From assembly GCA_047602425.1 (NCBI GenBank), contig JASGHG010000001.1, forward strand, positions 288,001-352,000: a stretch of 64,000 nt of DNA, written 5' to 3'. Origin of the DNA: Nibricoccus sp. GTDB lineage: Bacteria; Verrucomicrobiota; Verrucomicrobiia; Opitutales; Opitutaceae. Position numbers and translations under genes: made by a program. Positions within the stretch are counted from its first letter, which is position 1, and every line of letters starts with the position of its first letter. Below the pieces are notes generated by a model, which was not told the origin of the DNA, made no database searches, and worked only from the letters and a program-made list of their open reading frames with translations. Of the stretch, positions 40,155 to 52,100 are shown piece by piece.

Positions 40155-41489
40155 TCACTCCACCATGGGCGGCGGTTCGACGAAGATGCCAGGCTTGATT
40201 TCGATCTTCACATTTTCAAACACCGGCTTGTCGGCGTCTTTGATCACAAAATCGTTTTCCGCAGTCAGTGTGACATTGCGCAGGGTGATGTTTTTAATCG
40301 GACTGTCGGGCAAACCGACGATTTTTCCGGCGTTCTTCGATCCTTCGACGGTCACGTTTTCGATGAGGATGTTTTGGATGGCGGGAATTTTTGTCGGATC
40401 GCCTTTGAAGTTGGGGCGATTGTTATCGACGTATGAGAGATCGAGGACGATGGCGTCTTTCACGTTTTTCATCGTGATGTCGGAGTAGCGCACGTTCTCG
40501 ACGAGGTCGCCGGCGCCTCGCATGGATTTTATGCGAATGCCGTTGTCCGTGCCTTCGAGGGTGCAGCGGCGCACCAACATATTTTTGATGCCCGCGCTCG
40601 TCTCCGAGCCGATTGAAAGACCGTGGCCATGCTTGATCGTGCAATCCTCGATCAGAAGATTGGTGCCGCCGAGCTTGATCACGATGTCGTCGTCGCCGGT
40701 GTCGATGTCGCAATGGTGAATCCAAGCGTTGGTGCAACTGCCGGGATCGATCGCGTCCGTGTTGGGCGCATCGTGCGGAGCGCGAACTTTCACGCGCTCG
40801 ATGGTCAGATCGGTGACGCCTTTCGGTACAAGGTGAAACATGGCGGAGTTCTGCAGGGTGACGTCGGCCACGAGCAGGCGCTCGATGCGCTCCAGAATAA
40901 TCATGTGTGTGCGACGGTAAACGATGCGATTTGGTTCGGTTTCCTTGACCTTGCGGGCGGCGCGTTCGGACCATTCCCACCAAAGCGCTCCGTTGCCGTC
41001 GATTTTGCCCGTGCCGGTGATGGCAACGTCATGAAGGCCTTTGCCGTTGATCAGTGGTTCGGGTGCGCGGTATTTTTCGCGCAGTTCGTCCTGCGACGTG
41101 ATGGTCTTGGGATCGGGCACGCCGAAATCGGCGAAGTTGTCGGGCGACTGGATCATCGCGCCTTCCGCGAGATGGAGTTCGAGATTGGAACAGAGTGTGA
41201 CTTGCAGCGTGCGAAAAACGCCTTTCGGCACGATCAGTTTTCCGCCGCCCGCCTTGTCGACCGCGGCGATTGCATTCTTAAAGGCCTCGGTATTGAGCGT
41301 CTTGCCATCCCCCACTGCACCGTAGTCGGTCAGCAGAAAGGTGCGCTGAGGAATCCTGGGACGCGCGGGACGCACGTTTTCAACCGCGGAAACATCGACG
41401 AGGGGCATTTTGGGCGAAGCGGTCTCCGCTGCAAAAACGCATGAGGCAAACAAAGAAAGTAGCACAAACGCTCGGGGGAAATTTTTCAT
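40155..41489 (-). CDS. GH28 polygalacturonase-family glycoside hydrolase
   Basis: NTDAID, GDD, GHGLSIGSE, RIKS. Confidence 0.93.
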   Translation of the reverse strand: MKNFPRAFVLLSLFASCVFAAETASPKMPLVDVSAVENVRPARPRIPQRTFLLTDYGAVGDGKTLNTEAFKNAIAAVDKAGGGKLIVPKGVFRTLQVTLCSNLELHLAEGAMIQSPDNFADFGVPDPKTITSQDELREKYRAPEPLINGKGLHDVAITGTGKIDGNGALWWEWSERAARKVKETEPNRIVYRRTHMIILERIERLLVADVTLQNSAMFHLVPKGVTDLTIERVKVRAPHDAPNTDAIDPGSCTNAWIHHCDIDTGDDDIVIKLGGTNLLIEDCTIKHGHGLSIGSETSAGIKNMLVRRCTLEGTDNGIRIKSMRGAGDLVENVRYSDITMKNVKDAIVLDLSYVDNNRPNFKGDPTKIPAIQNILIENVTVEGSKNAGKIVGLPDSPIKNITLRNVTLTAENDFVIKDADKPVFENVKIEIKPGIFVEPPPMVE

Positions 41490-41825
41490 GAGGGGAAAGG
41501 TTTCAAACATGCAGCTAATGACGCCGGTCGCGAGGAAAAGTCGCAGCAGTCCTGTCATTGAAACTCATGACACATGCCTCCATGTTCTCCCGCTCGCTTT
41601 TGAAATCAATTTATCATGCCTTGGGATCTTCATCATAAAAAGGGCATCCATCTGCCACAAATCGGTTGGTGGCTGGACCCGCAGCGCCCGGCCGACTTTG
41701 CAGTCGTATCGCACGCCCATTCGGATCATTGCGCACGCAACAAGGAGATTGTCTGCACGCCGGCCACCGCCCGCCTTGGGCTTGCCCCGGAAGGACGGAC
41801 AAAGATTTGAGGTGGGTTGTTATGG

Positions 41826-42668
41826 TTAGTGGTGGAGGGATTCGTAGTCGAGCGGGGAGAGGTAACCGAGGGAGCTGTGGAGGCGCTCGCGGTTGTAGAA
41901 GCAAATATAGTCGTGCAGATGGGCGCGCGCTTCTGCGCGGGTGGCGAAGGTGCGTGGATAAACGCATTCGAGTTTGAGGGTGCTCCAGGCCGATTCCATG
42001 GCGGCATTATCGTAGCAGTTGCCGCGGCGGCTCATGCTGGGGATCGCGCCCATCGCGTGAAGCTTCTGGCGGTACGCCTCGCTGGCATACTGGCAGCCGC
42101 GGTCGGTGTGGATGATCAACCCGGCTTTGGGCTGGCGCGAACGGCGCGCCATTTCCAAGGCCGACAGGACCAGTGGCGTGTCGATTTTTTCACTCATGGC
42201 CCAGCCGACCAGCCGGCGGCTGCATGCATCTTTGAAGGCGCATAAATACAGCCAGCCTTCGCCGGTTCCGATGTAGGTCAGATCGCTCCGCCAAACGTGA
42301 TCGAGCGCGGTGACCGCAGGCTTTCCCAAGAGGAGATTCGGGGCGATCGGACCGGGATGGTTGCTGTCGGTGGTTTTGACTTTGTACCGCCGGCGGGACC
42401 GGGCGCTTTGGCGTTGTTGTTTCATCAGCCGGGCGATGCGTTTGCGGCTGGGTGTGGGCTGGCCCGGGCATCGCAAGACTTGCTGGATACGCGGCGCTCC
42501 GTAGGTGCCCCGGCTCCGCAGGTACGCGGCGGTGATTTTCGGGGATAGTTCCGCATCCGCCAATGTTCGCGGACCCGGATGAGTCTGCCGGTGGCAATAC
42601 GCGTGGTACCCGCTGGTGCTCACGCCAAAGGCCGCGCACAGATCGGCGATCGTGTGGTGGGTCTTCAT
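41826..42668 (-). CDS. IS3 transposase OrfB
   Basis: As copy 1. Confidence 0.92.
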   Translation of the reverse strand: MKTHHTIADLCAAFGVSTSGYHAYCHRQTHPGPRTLADAELSPKITAAYLRSRGTYGAPRIQQVLRCPGQPTPSRKRIARLMKQQRQSARSRRRYKVKTTDSNHPGPIAPNLLLGKPAVTALDHVWRSDLTYIGTGEGWLYLCAFKDACSRRLVGWAMSEKIDTPLVLSALEMARRSRQPKAGLIIHTDRGCQYASEAYRQKLHAMGAIPSMSRRGNCYDNAAMESAWSTLKLECVYPRTFATRAEARAHLHDYICFYNRERLHSSLGYLSPLDYESLHH

Positions 42669-42673
42669 CGCAG

Positions 42674-43024
42674 TTATCCTTTCGTACCGCTCGGCGGGGG
42701 TTCGGAGAGGATGCCCAAGGTTTTTTTTAATATGTCGCGCTGGGTGCGCAGGCGCTCGTTCTCCTGACGGAGCGCTCGCAACTCCGCTTGCAACGAACCG
42801 ATGTCGGCCGGCGTTTGCGCGCCGCCCCCATGGGGGCGTTCCTCCGTGCGGATCCACGCATACAGGGTCGTCTCGTGGACCCCGATCTTCGGCGCATACT
42901 TCGGCACGCTTTCCCCGCTCAGCCGCCACGCCGCCACGCTGTCGCGGCGAAACGCCTCGTCATACTCAGGCACGTATTTGCGGGGCGGCGGGGCCGCCTC
43001 GTTCTTGGTCTCGGGTTTGTTCAT
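42674..43024 (-). CDS. IS3 transposase OrfA
   Basis: As copy 1; A8 slippery run at 42721-42728. Confidence 0.9.
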   Translation of the reverse strand: MNKPETKNEAAPPPRKYVPEYDEAFRRDSVAAWRLSGESVPKYAPKIGVHETTLYAWIRTEERPHGGGAQTPADIGSLQAELRALRQENERLRTQRDILKKTLGILSEPPPSGTKG

Positions 43025-44106
43025 GGACTTATTCTTTCTTCGTAGGCCCTCTTCTTTGTCCACGTTTTCGGGGTAAGCTTACCTGTTGCGCGCCCGGATG
43101 CCCGGTCGCCGGGTCGAGCACGCCCTGCCCTTCGGCCGCGCCGAACAGCTCACTTCCAACACGAACATCACGCTTCATCCGGCAGGTCACATCTTCGGTT
43201 CCGCCCTTTGCCTGCTCGAACACGCCGACCACGGGCGTCTGCTCTACACCGGCGATTTCAAACTGCACGCCGGACTCTCCGCCGAACCTTGTGCCACACC
43301 CCAAGCCGACGTTCTCGTGATGGAAACGACTTTCGGTCTGCCGCGTTACGTATTCCCGCCCGTCGAGGAAGTGCGCGCCGCCATCGTGGCGTTTTGCCGG
43401 CAAGCCCTCGCCGACGGAGCCACACCCGTGCTTTACGCGTATGGCCTGGGCAAAAGCCAGGAATTGCTGTGCGTGCTTGGCCAGGCTGGCCTGCCGGTGA
43501 TGATGCATGCCGAGACATTTCGCCTGACGGAAATTTGCCGCCAGCTCGGACTCGCAATGCCGCCCGCCCGCGAGTTCGACGCGAATGAGTTGCCCGGGCA
43601 CGTCGTCATTTGTCCCCCGCAAAGTCGCAATGCTTCCTTCCTCCGCAAAATTCCTGCGCCGCGCACCGCGATGATTTCCGGTTGGGCACTGGATCGCTCG
43701 ACGATTTTCCGCAGCCGCTGCGACGCGGCTTTCCCGCTTTCCGACCACGCGGATTTCCCCGAGCTGCTGCGTTTCGTGGAACTCGTGAAACCCAAACGCG
43801 TGCTGACGCTGCATGGTTTTGCCGCGGAGTTTGCCAGCGAACTGCGCCGCCGCGGCATTGAAGCCTGGGCCATTAGCGAAAACAACCAGCTCGACCTGCC
43901 GCTGGGCCCTCGACCCTGTAGGGTTCGATCTCGGTCGACGCCCGGTTCGAAAACTACGCTCGCCGAAGCAAGCACAGGCCTGCGCAAAACGGCGAACCTG
44001 CACCGTTCATGTAACTTTTGCCCCGCCCATCGTTCGCGGCGTGACTTTTTCGCGCCAACGTGAAAAGTCGCCCGCACCGGCTCGCCTTTCAACGGTCACA
44101 TCCCCC

Positions 44107-44919
44107 ATGCCCAAGTTCGTAAAACGCTGCCTTCTCGCTCTCGGTTTTATTTTTATCACAATCGTCCGTGCCGAGCCCTTCACCGCTTTTGGCGATGGCG
44201 AACGTCTCGTCTACAAGGTCAGCTGGGGCATCATCGGCGCGGGCCAGATCGAAATCGTCGCCAAAGCCGAGACCGGCCCCGACGGCAAGCCGCTCATGCG
44301 CATCACCAACACCATTGCCTCAAAAGGCTTGGTGCGCGGCATGTACCGTTTCGACAACCGCGCCGAAGTGCTGATCGAGCGCGAAACCAGCCGCATGCTC
44401 TGGGTGGCCGAAAAAGGCATGGATCGGAGCAAACAAACTGAAAGCCGCACCGATTTCGACTACGCCGCCAACCTCGCGCACCACAAGGACACCCAGCGTC
44501 CCAACCGCAACTGCGATATCCCCCTAAAACCCGACGCGTTGCCGATGGATTTGCTCTCGGCACTCGTGCAAACGCGGCATTGGGACATCAAAGTCGGCGA
44601 TGCCCGCGATGTCCTCGTCCATTTCGGTCGCGACATTTATCCCGTCACCATCCGGGCCGAAGGTACCGAGGAAGTGGATACGCCGCTCGGGGATTTTCAG
44701 TCACTCGTGCTCTGCCCGCGCATGGAAAAAGAACCACCACGCGGCGTTTTCAAAAAAGGCGGCGAAATCAAAGTCTGGATCGCCCAGTCCGGCGCCCGCC
44801 TACCCGTTAAGATGCAACTCAAACTCGGCTTCGGCACCGCCACCCTCACCCTCTCCAGCCATACGCCGCCAGCCACTCCACCAGAGACAAGCTCCTCCAC
44901 CCCAAGTCCCAAAGCCTGA
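44107..44919 (+). CDS. DUF3108-like secreted protein
   Basis: GERLVYKVSWG, TPLGDF, IKVWI...LPVKMQLKLGFG. Confidence 0.75.
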   Translation: MPKFVKRCLLALGFIFITIVRAEPFTAFGDGERLVYKVSWGIIGAGQIEIVAKAETGPDGKPLMRITNTIASKGLVRGMYRFDNRAEVLIERETSRMLWVAEKGMDRSKQTESRTDFDYAANLAHHKDTQRPNRNCDIPLKPDALPMDLLSALVQTRHWDIKVGDARDVLVHFGRDIYPVTIRAEGTEEVDTPLGDFQSLVLCPRMEKEPPRGVFKKGGEIKVWIAQSGARLPVKMQLKLGFGTATLTLSSHTPPATPPETSSSTPSPKA

Positions 44920-44963
44920 CTCTGTTTGAGTGTTTTCAAAGCCTGACTCTGTTTGAGTGTTTT
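44910..44963. repeat. 27-bp perfect tandem duplication
   Basis: CAAAGCCTGACTCTGTTTGAGTGTTTT twice. Confidence 0.9.
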
Positions 44964-45264
44964 TGGCGTCGACGCGGTCGTTCTTGATCTGCGCGTCAGC
45001 GATGATCCGATTCTTGGCCGGGTGCGAGAGTACCACTTCGCTCACGCCAGGGGCCTCCTCAATCAGGTCGTAGATTGTGCCCCAGTTCCAACACGCCTCG
45101 ATGACAACAGCGCTGGGTGCATCCAGCGATCTGAAGTAACTGGCGATAGCTTCCGGTTCGTGACCATTGATCCGGCCTTCCTTGACCAAGTTGCCCTGCT
45201 CGTCGAGTGTGCAGGCAACGCTGTAGCGTTTGTGATGATCGATTCCAGTATACAGTTTTGTCAT
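44960..45264 (-). pseudogene. Truncated IS110-family transposase (N-terminal DEDD domain), distinct from the attC-targeting IS
   Basis: YTGIDHHK, VIEACWNW, IKNDRVDAK then breaks at the duplication. Confidence 0.85.
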
Positions 45265-45399
45265 AGCAGCGCCAGCTTAGCACAGCGCCCTTGCGCCGTA
45301 CTTACCTGACTGCCGCTCATGTTACCTGACTCCTTTTTCACGCCTTCTGACTCCTTTTTCAGCCTTTTCTCTTTAGTCTTCTCCTTTTTTGAGCCTCTC

Positions 45400-46089
45400 T
45401 TACCGGTCTGTCCGGTTCATACCGGCTTGGTTGTCAGTAGGCATTACTACTACAGAGCCAGATTTCGCCACTTGCTCCTTTCGCATCGGCTCCATTTTAA
45501 ATGGAAACACACAACCGCTAAACAACCAATTTTCAATACTTCCATCTGGCAGAACAACGAAGTAGTTCAATACCCAACCATCATTTTTAAATGCAACTTT
45601 CGGCTCGGAATCATATTTCTCAAGCAAAGCGGAGGTTGCGTTCAAGATCTCCGAATTATGACCATCGCCATTAAGAACTATATATTCCTTCCATTGTTTT
45701 ATATAATAATCATTAATTACACGCCCTTCTCCTCTTAGTGAATAAAACGAATAAAATACGCTCACTGAATATTTCCTCAAGAAATCCTCAGAATCACTTT
45801 TCGTTAGCAGCTCAGCCCCCATCATGGCGTTAATTTTATCTAAAGCATTGGTGACAACCATGGACACACCATCATCCTTCATACGGTATAAATACACACC
45901 TCCTTCACCGAGCCCAAAATAGATATAGAACAGGCTACCGTTTTTGACCCACGAGAACATAGGCGCGCGATCAACCTTTATTGGATATATAGATATCTCG
46001 CTCGCCTGACAGTTAAACGAGGCCGTCTGAAGCATGTTTGCAACAAAAAGCATGACAAGAAAATTAATTCCTTTAACTACATTCGGCAT
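45400..46089 (-). CDS. Putative immunity protein (exported)
   Basis: AT-rich ORF 15 bp downstream of RHS gene, N-terminal hydrophobic leader. Confidence 0.65.
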   Translation of the reverse strand: MPNVVKGINFLVMLFVANMLQTASFNCQASEISIYPIKVDRAPMFSWVKNGSLFYIYFGLGEGGVYLYRMKDDGVSMVVTNALDKINAMMGAELLTKSDSEDFLRKYSVSVFYSFYSLRGEGRVINDYYIKQWKEYIVLNGDGHNSEILNATSALLEKYDSEPKVAFKNDGWVLNYFVVLPDGSIENWLFSGCVFPFKMEPMRKEQVAKSGSVVVMPTDNQAGMNRTDR

Positions 46090-46104
46090 ATATAATTATA
46101 ATGA

Positions 46105-49100
46105 TTACAGTTTTGTGGCGCCATAGCCAATATAGCCCTTAAAAGGCGTGCCCTGATAGATGGTCATCGTTTGATTGATATACGCACTCCTCGAGAATTC
46201 CTGATCATTCCTACCTCGCCAGTCCAACTTAAAATGCCCAAGCAATTCACTTTTACCTAAAGCCACAACGTCCCCCAAATAACCGGTATTCGTCATAACA
46301 TATTTACCAGAATCCTTATCGAGGCGAACTGTGATCGCATGATAGTTACTTGGCCAGTTGGCTTCGCGATTATATTCATACTTTATAACTGTAGATACAG
46401 GCGATTCACCAATTTTATCCACAAACTCTTCTATAGTGCTTCCTGTTATCACATTAAGCTGAGCACCATGTCGGCGCATCACTGGCGCAAGGAGTGTTTC
46501 GGATGCGTCCATACCTTTGTATTCTAAATTCCAATCACGCCCCTCATCACCATCTTCTTTCGCGATTTCCGCTTCAAGGTTACCAGGATCAATACCGGTT
46601 ACCCACCTCAGTACCTCTCTAATAGACAAAGGCATACATCCCGCAATTGAGCAGTCTCTAATTTGTCTAAAAGGTTCAGGCCTCGGTTCACTGTTTGGGG
46701 CATTATTTTTCAACGCCTGTTCGTTCGACCAGTTTGCTGCTGCTGCTTGGCTAGCCTCGTAGGCTTTAACATCAGAGTCATTTTTCGAAGCTGTAACCAC
46801 TTCTTTGGGCCTACGAATGGGATGAATTGTCCCATCTTTACCTTGGACCTCATATATTTCTTCGTCTTCAGGTTTCGGTGGTGGCGGTGGTAGTGGCGGC
46901 GTCGGATCAGAGGATTTCCCTTCATTAATTTTTTGGTACTGCGCTTGCATGCCTACATCGGCACCTACCATACCGAGCAAATCGTACCGGTTCACTCCGT
47001 CATTGCCGCAAAAGGCATAAAGATTGATGCCACCCTGCTCTTCGGCGGGGTCACGATTGATAAAGCGACCCAAGTTTGGTTGGTAATACCGCATGCCGTA
47101 GTAGATTAACCCAGTCTCATCATCGGTGTACTTGGTCGCCGAGCGGAAGGGATTGGCCGTGCTGTAGGAGCCTGCTGCGCTCTGCAGGTTGCCGAAGGGA
47201 TCGTACTGGTAGGCCGCGGCTACGCTGCCAGAACCGTCGTATAGGCCCAAGACATTGTGCGAAGCGTCGTAGAAGGGATAGTACTGACTGTTGCCCCCGA
47301 GATACGCATCGATCAACAGCAGGCCACCCACGCCACCGGCGCCCTGAGCCGTACCCGACACATCCGGTCCCCAGGCAAAGCGTCGCGTGAGCGTGCCGTT
47401 GCTGTCGAGTTCGGCAATCAGGTTCCAGCCATCGTAGATATAACGCGTGGTCGCAATGCCAGTGCCACTTTTTTCGACGCGGCGGCCGAGGTAATCGTAT
47501 TTATAATTCCAGACCGAGCTACCTTGGGTGACTGCGATCAGGCGATTCTCGGCGTCGTAGGCGAAGCCCCGCATACCGTCATTAGTCAGGTTGCCATTCG
47601 CATCGTACGAGATCGCTCCAGCAAACGGTGTGGCCTCGTATTGATTGAGCGCGTTGGGCGTGTAGCTACCATTTTGATCTGCGGTGCGGTTGCCCATCGC
47701 ATCAAAGCCGTAACTGCGGGCTGCGCCGGCTTGCGCCCCACCGGCACTGCCGTCGGTGTTAAGCTGGTATTTACCGCTGGCGCCCAGTTCCTGCCGGTCG
47801 GTGTAGCTGTAGTTCGTGTAACTGCCCCAACCTCCGGACAACCCCAGAAGATTGGCATAGGCTCCGCCGGTGGTTTTCTCCGTAGCTCGGAGGCCATAGC
47901 TGTTTGCCTGCCCCACGCCATCCAGACCGAAGTAGCCCACGCGAGTTGATACCGGGTTCGCAATGCCCCAGGCTTGGGCAATCGTATCGATCCGATTACT
48001 GTCAGACCGGTAGGTGTAATCCCGCGAGTAGTTCCAAGATGAGCCACCAGTCAGTTGTTCGATCGTCGCCACGAGGTTCGAGTTGTTCGTATACGTGTAG
48101 GTGAACGGGATGAGATTATTGTAAGAAATCGTGTTCAACCGCAACACCGCATCGTACCCATAGCCCACATTGTAGAGTATGCCACTGTCGAGCTTGAGTC
48201 CGGAGGTCGCACCGTTGAGCCGGCCCGAGACGCCGTACTGGTAGTTGTAGTTGAGCGTGTGACTGCCGAGGAAGGCTGGCAGGTTTTCGTTCTTCAGGCG
48301 GGCGCTCTTGTTGAGCAGGTCACCCTCGTCGCCCGGATCGGTCGATGTGTCGTAGTAATCCAAGCTGCGCTGACCGGCCACGTCGGTGACAGTCTTGGTC
48401 CGTCCCGCACGATCGTAGGTGTAGGTCAAGTTGGCGGTCAGTCCGTCGTTATAGGTGACCGTCCAGAGCAGGTTAAGCGGAGTGTAATTATAGGAGGTCA
48501 GGACGTTGCGGGCGTCGGTGCGCGTCGCGATCTGGCCCATTGCGTTGTAAGTGTAGCTCGTCGAACGGTTGGCCGCATCGACCTTCGACTGAAGCAGGCC
48601 GGTGGCCGCCTGATAGTTCCAAGTAGTCACGTCGCCATCGCCGCCGAAGCCGGAAGGCAAAGTGGAACCGGTCCACGTACCTGAGCGATAGGTGTGCATC
48701 TTCGTTTTCTGGCCGAGTTCGTTGTATTCGAAGCGGACAGGATTGACGGTGTCGCCCCACTGATGTGTTTGGTTGCCAGCTTCATCGAAACGGAAATAGG
48801 CGGCCTTGCCGGTCTGATCGCTTCGCGAAGTCACGCGGCCCGCACTGTCGTAGCCCAAGGTGGTGGCGTGTAGATCGGGCGTCGTGATTGTCTCGGCCAG
48901 AGCCGATCCGTTTCTGTAGGTGTAACTCGTCGTGCCGATGCGAGGATCGGACGATGCCTGTAGGCGGCCCAAGGCGTCGTAGGCCTGCAACGTCGTCTGG
49001 CCCTGGGCATTGGTTGCGCTGACAGGCAGGCCGTTGATCGAGATTTGCCTCATTGCCTGGTTGGTGCCAGTGGAGGTGGCGACTGTTTCAAGCCGCTTAT

Positions 49101-52100
49101 TTGCACGATTCGCGTAGGTGAAGGAGTCCGTCAGGTTGTGATCGAAATCGATGGCGACGATGTGTGCCACCATGGAGGCACCAAGGCCGGAAACCTGTGT
49201 GTAGGATTGCGAAGCATAGCGCGCAACCGTGCTCGTGGAACCGTCGTAGGGGTATACTTTCACGCGAGCATATTGATACCAGTTCGAACCATGACCATTG
49301 GGTGCGCCTGTTTGATAACCGGTTTCATATTCCTTAATCCCATAGTCTGCGCTGAGATTGAGGCCCAGCGTGTAGGCGCTGTTGGTGGTGAAGCCTTCAC
49401 GGAACAACCGGCCAAAAGCGTCGTAGTTGAAAATATGAGCAGGAGCGACAGTCAAACCATCGGAAGTGGTTGTCTGCCTCTGGAGTTGGCCCGTGGTTGC
49501 GTTGTATTCGTTGGTGACCACCCGCGTGCCATTGCCCCAAGTTGGGGTGGAAACAGAAAGCGTGCGATTCAACCAATCTGCCACCGTCGTGATGGTTTGT
49601 CCTGCGGTCGCCTGAGTGGTGGTTAAATTACCTGTCGAGGAGTCGTAACTGTACGTGTAGGAGGTGTCGGGAACAGCCGGACCTGAAACCGACTTCGGAC
49701 GCCCATCGGCATAGACGGTTTCGGTTTTGACCCCGTCACCGGGCAGGGTGGTCACTAGTGAGGTCGCTGAGGGATAGGCAACCGACGTGGTGAGGTTGCC
49801 GGGGAGCACGCGCCTCGTAATCCGGCCAGCCGTGTCGTAGTCGTAGCTCGTCACCAAGGTCTCGCCGGTGCCGACGCCCGAGACCGTTTCGGTTTTCAGG
49901 CGGCCCGCAGGATCGTAGAGATAAGTGGTGGTTGTGGCCTGCACGATGTTGGCTCCCTCACTCGCGGAAGCGCGCGTCATCGTGTAAACACGATCATAAT
50001 CGTCGTAGGTGTAGGACCGGGTGATGCCCGATTCATCTTTTTCCCAATCTTTCCTGAAGCCGGTGAAGCCCGCCTCGTAAAAGATGCGTCCTGTCCAGTC
50101 CGCGCGGTCGGCTTTGCAGGTGAGATTGCCGAGATCGTCATACCGATAATAGACCGACGAAAGTTCCGGAAAACTACTGCCGCCAGTATAGACATAACTC
50201 GATTCGCGCAGCACGCGGTCCGCAGAATCGACGATGCGCTCCGTCACCGACGATTTATAAGGATCAAGGTCGAGTGAATCGATTATGGCGCCGCTGTATG
50301 AACCGACCGAGCTGCCGACCTTGCCGTCCAATTGCGCAATCAGAAGATGGGGGCCTGACTCGTCGGCTATCCAAGTGGAGCCGCTCAGTGTACCGCGCTG
50401 GTACGCAAAAGAAGTTTTGGTCCCATCGGGACGTGTCGTGGAAGCAAGGCGGTCGCGAAAGTCGGTATCGGCAAGCCGGGCACTGTAGGTCTTTGTAATG
50501 GTGCTCAGAGATGAACCGCTCGCGGTGTATGTATTTGTGGTCTTGACCACTATCGACCTGCCGTTCAACGCATCCATTTGATAGGAAAATACAGACTGGC
50601 CGATAACGGTGGAGCCGCTCGTGACAGTGTCACTGATCCGCACTGTCTTTCCATCAATAAGATCGGGGGAATAAGTGTAGGATGAAATCAAGTCCGTACT
50701 CTGGTTGACAGCATTGTCCAGAAACGAGCTTCGCGTCTGCCTCTCCAAACCCATCGCATTCCACGGTTGCCCACCAAGATTATTTCCTCCTTCGCGAAGA
50801 ACCCGGAAATAATCGGTGATGATTCGCCCTCCACTGGGGATGGATGCGATTACGTTGCCTTCAGTGTCAATGCCCCGCCCATAACCAGGATGCTGATCCG
50901 CGCCGGCGCCGATTGTCTGAGACATGGGACTGTTATATAGTTTTTCATCGCCTTCGTTATAGGCGAGATCCTCGCGATAGAGTATGGCACCTGCATCGTC
51001 GCTGCCGGCATGCTGATACTTATGGGTAAAAGTGACTGCTTTCGTGAGAGGTCCGTTGCGCCAGTAATGATAACGTGAGGCGTAGCTCAGTTTTGTGAGG
51101 CCGCCCTTCGCCGCCGAAACAGATCTCGCCGGCCACTGGCGATGCACGGCATAAGTGTAGACCGCATAAAACGGGTAGTAAGTCACGCCTCCATCCATGC
51201 TCATGGAGTTTTCAGGTCCTTTATACTGGTACCAATCGGTTCGGAATTCCAGAATCTTGGTGTCTCCGCCCGTGGTTCTGGTCATCGTCACAGCCAGTGC
51301 ATTGCCCCTGTTGAATGTCTGTGGTTGTCCTTCGAGCAGTTGGTCGTTTGAAGCAAGCGGCGTCAGCGCAGGCATGGAAACGTCAAATTGATAAACCGAC
51401 AACGGCGTTGCACTGCTGAAATCCAATAAGGAGCCAGACTGTGGATAAGAACCTGGGGCGTAAAATTTGATGGTGTAGCTATAGCGGGATCTCTGCACAT
51501 CGACGTACCCAGCCGGTCCCTTCAGTTGGGTGCGTAATTGGCCGGAGGACCAAACGCCCTGATTAGCCGGACCGGGATACAGGCTCACGAGAGCCGCTTT
51601 GCAGGAATCAATATCCCAATAGTTGCCAGCATTGAACGTCAAGGTGCCGACCGGGCGCCCTGCACGATCGCACCCCAGACCGAACTGGATCATCTGGTCC
51701 TTTTCGAGCCGTGAAGTATCGACCGCGCCAAAAGGAAGTTCGCTCGCAAACGAAGTGCGAATTTTGAGGATATTGCCCGCAGCCTCGACTTCCTGCTTGG
51801 TAATGGTATCCACATATTGGTCGTTCAAGAGAATGTTCTTTCTTGTGATCCTGGGATTCAGCGGATCGGGGCGGGCTACGATCAAGTAGTCTGGAGCTGT
51901 AGCGGTGATCGTGGCCTGCTCTTCAGTGTCGTCCTTTACATCAACATATATGCAATCGCCAGTGTAATTCGGGATTGTTGTCGAGCCGCCGTTTCTGGTT
52001 ACTGTTATTTCACCACCGCCTATCGGTTGAAATTCCAGCTTCAACTGCGAGAGCGAGCCCCGGATACGCTGTTGCTGGTCCGAGTAGGACCAGGTTGGAT

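Larger units (their letters stand above)
41777..43081 (-). mobile_element. IS3-family element copy 2 (1305 bp), 3-bp TSD CCT
   Basis: Near-identical to 2760-4064; CCT at 41774-41776 and 43082-43084. Confidence 0.95.
41616..44063 (+). pseudogene. MBL-fold (beta-CASP, ligase-associated exonuclease-like) gene interrupted by IS3
   Basis: SHAHSDH before insertion; AGHIFGS, YTGDFK, METTFG, SDHADF after. Confidence 0.88.

Noticed and set aside
43813..44106. Long N-terminal extension of the DUF3108-like ORF
   Set aside because: Overlaps the MBL gene; the signal peptide begins at ATG 44107
44800..45264. Full 154-aa protein with NTQTESGF repeat
   Set aside because: Read-through of a truncated transposase into the 27-bp duplication and antisense of the neighbouring gene
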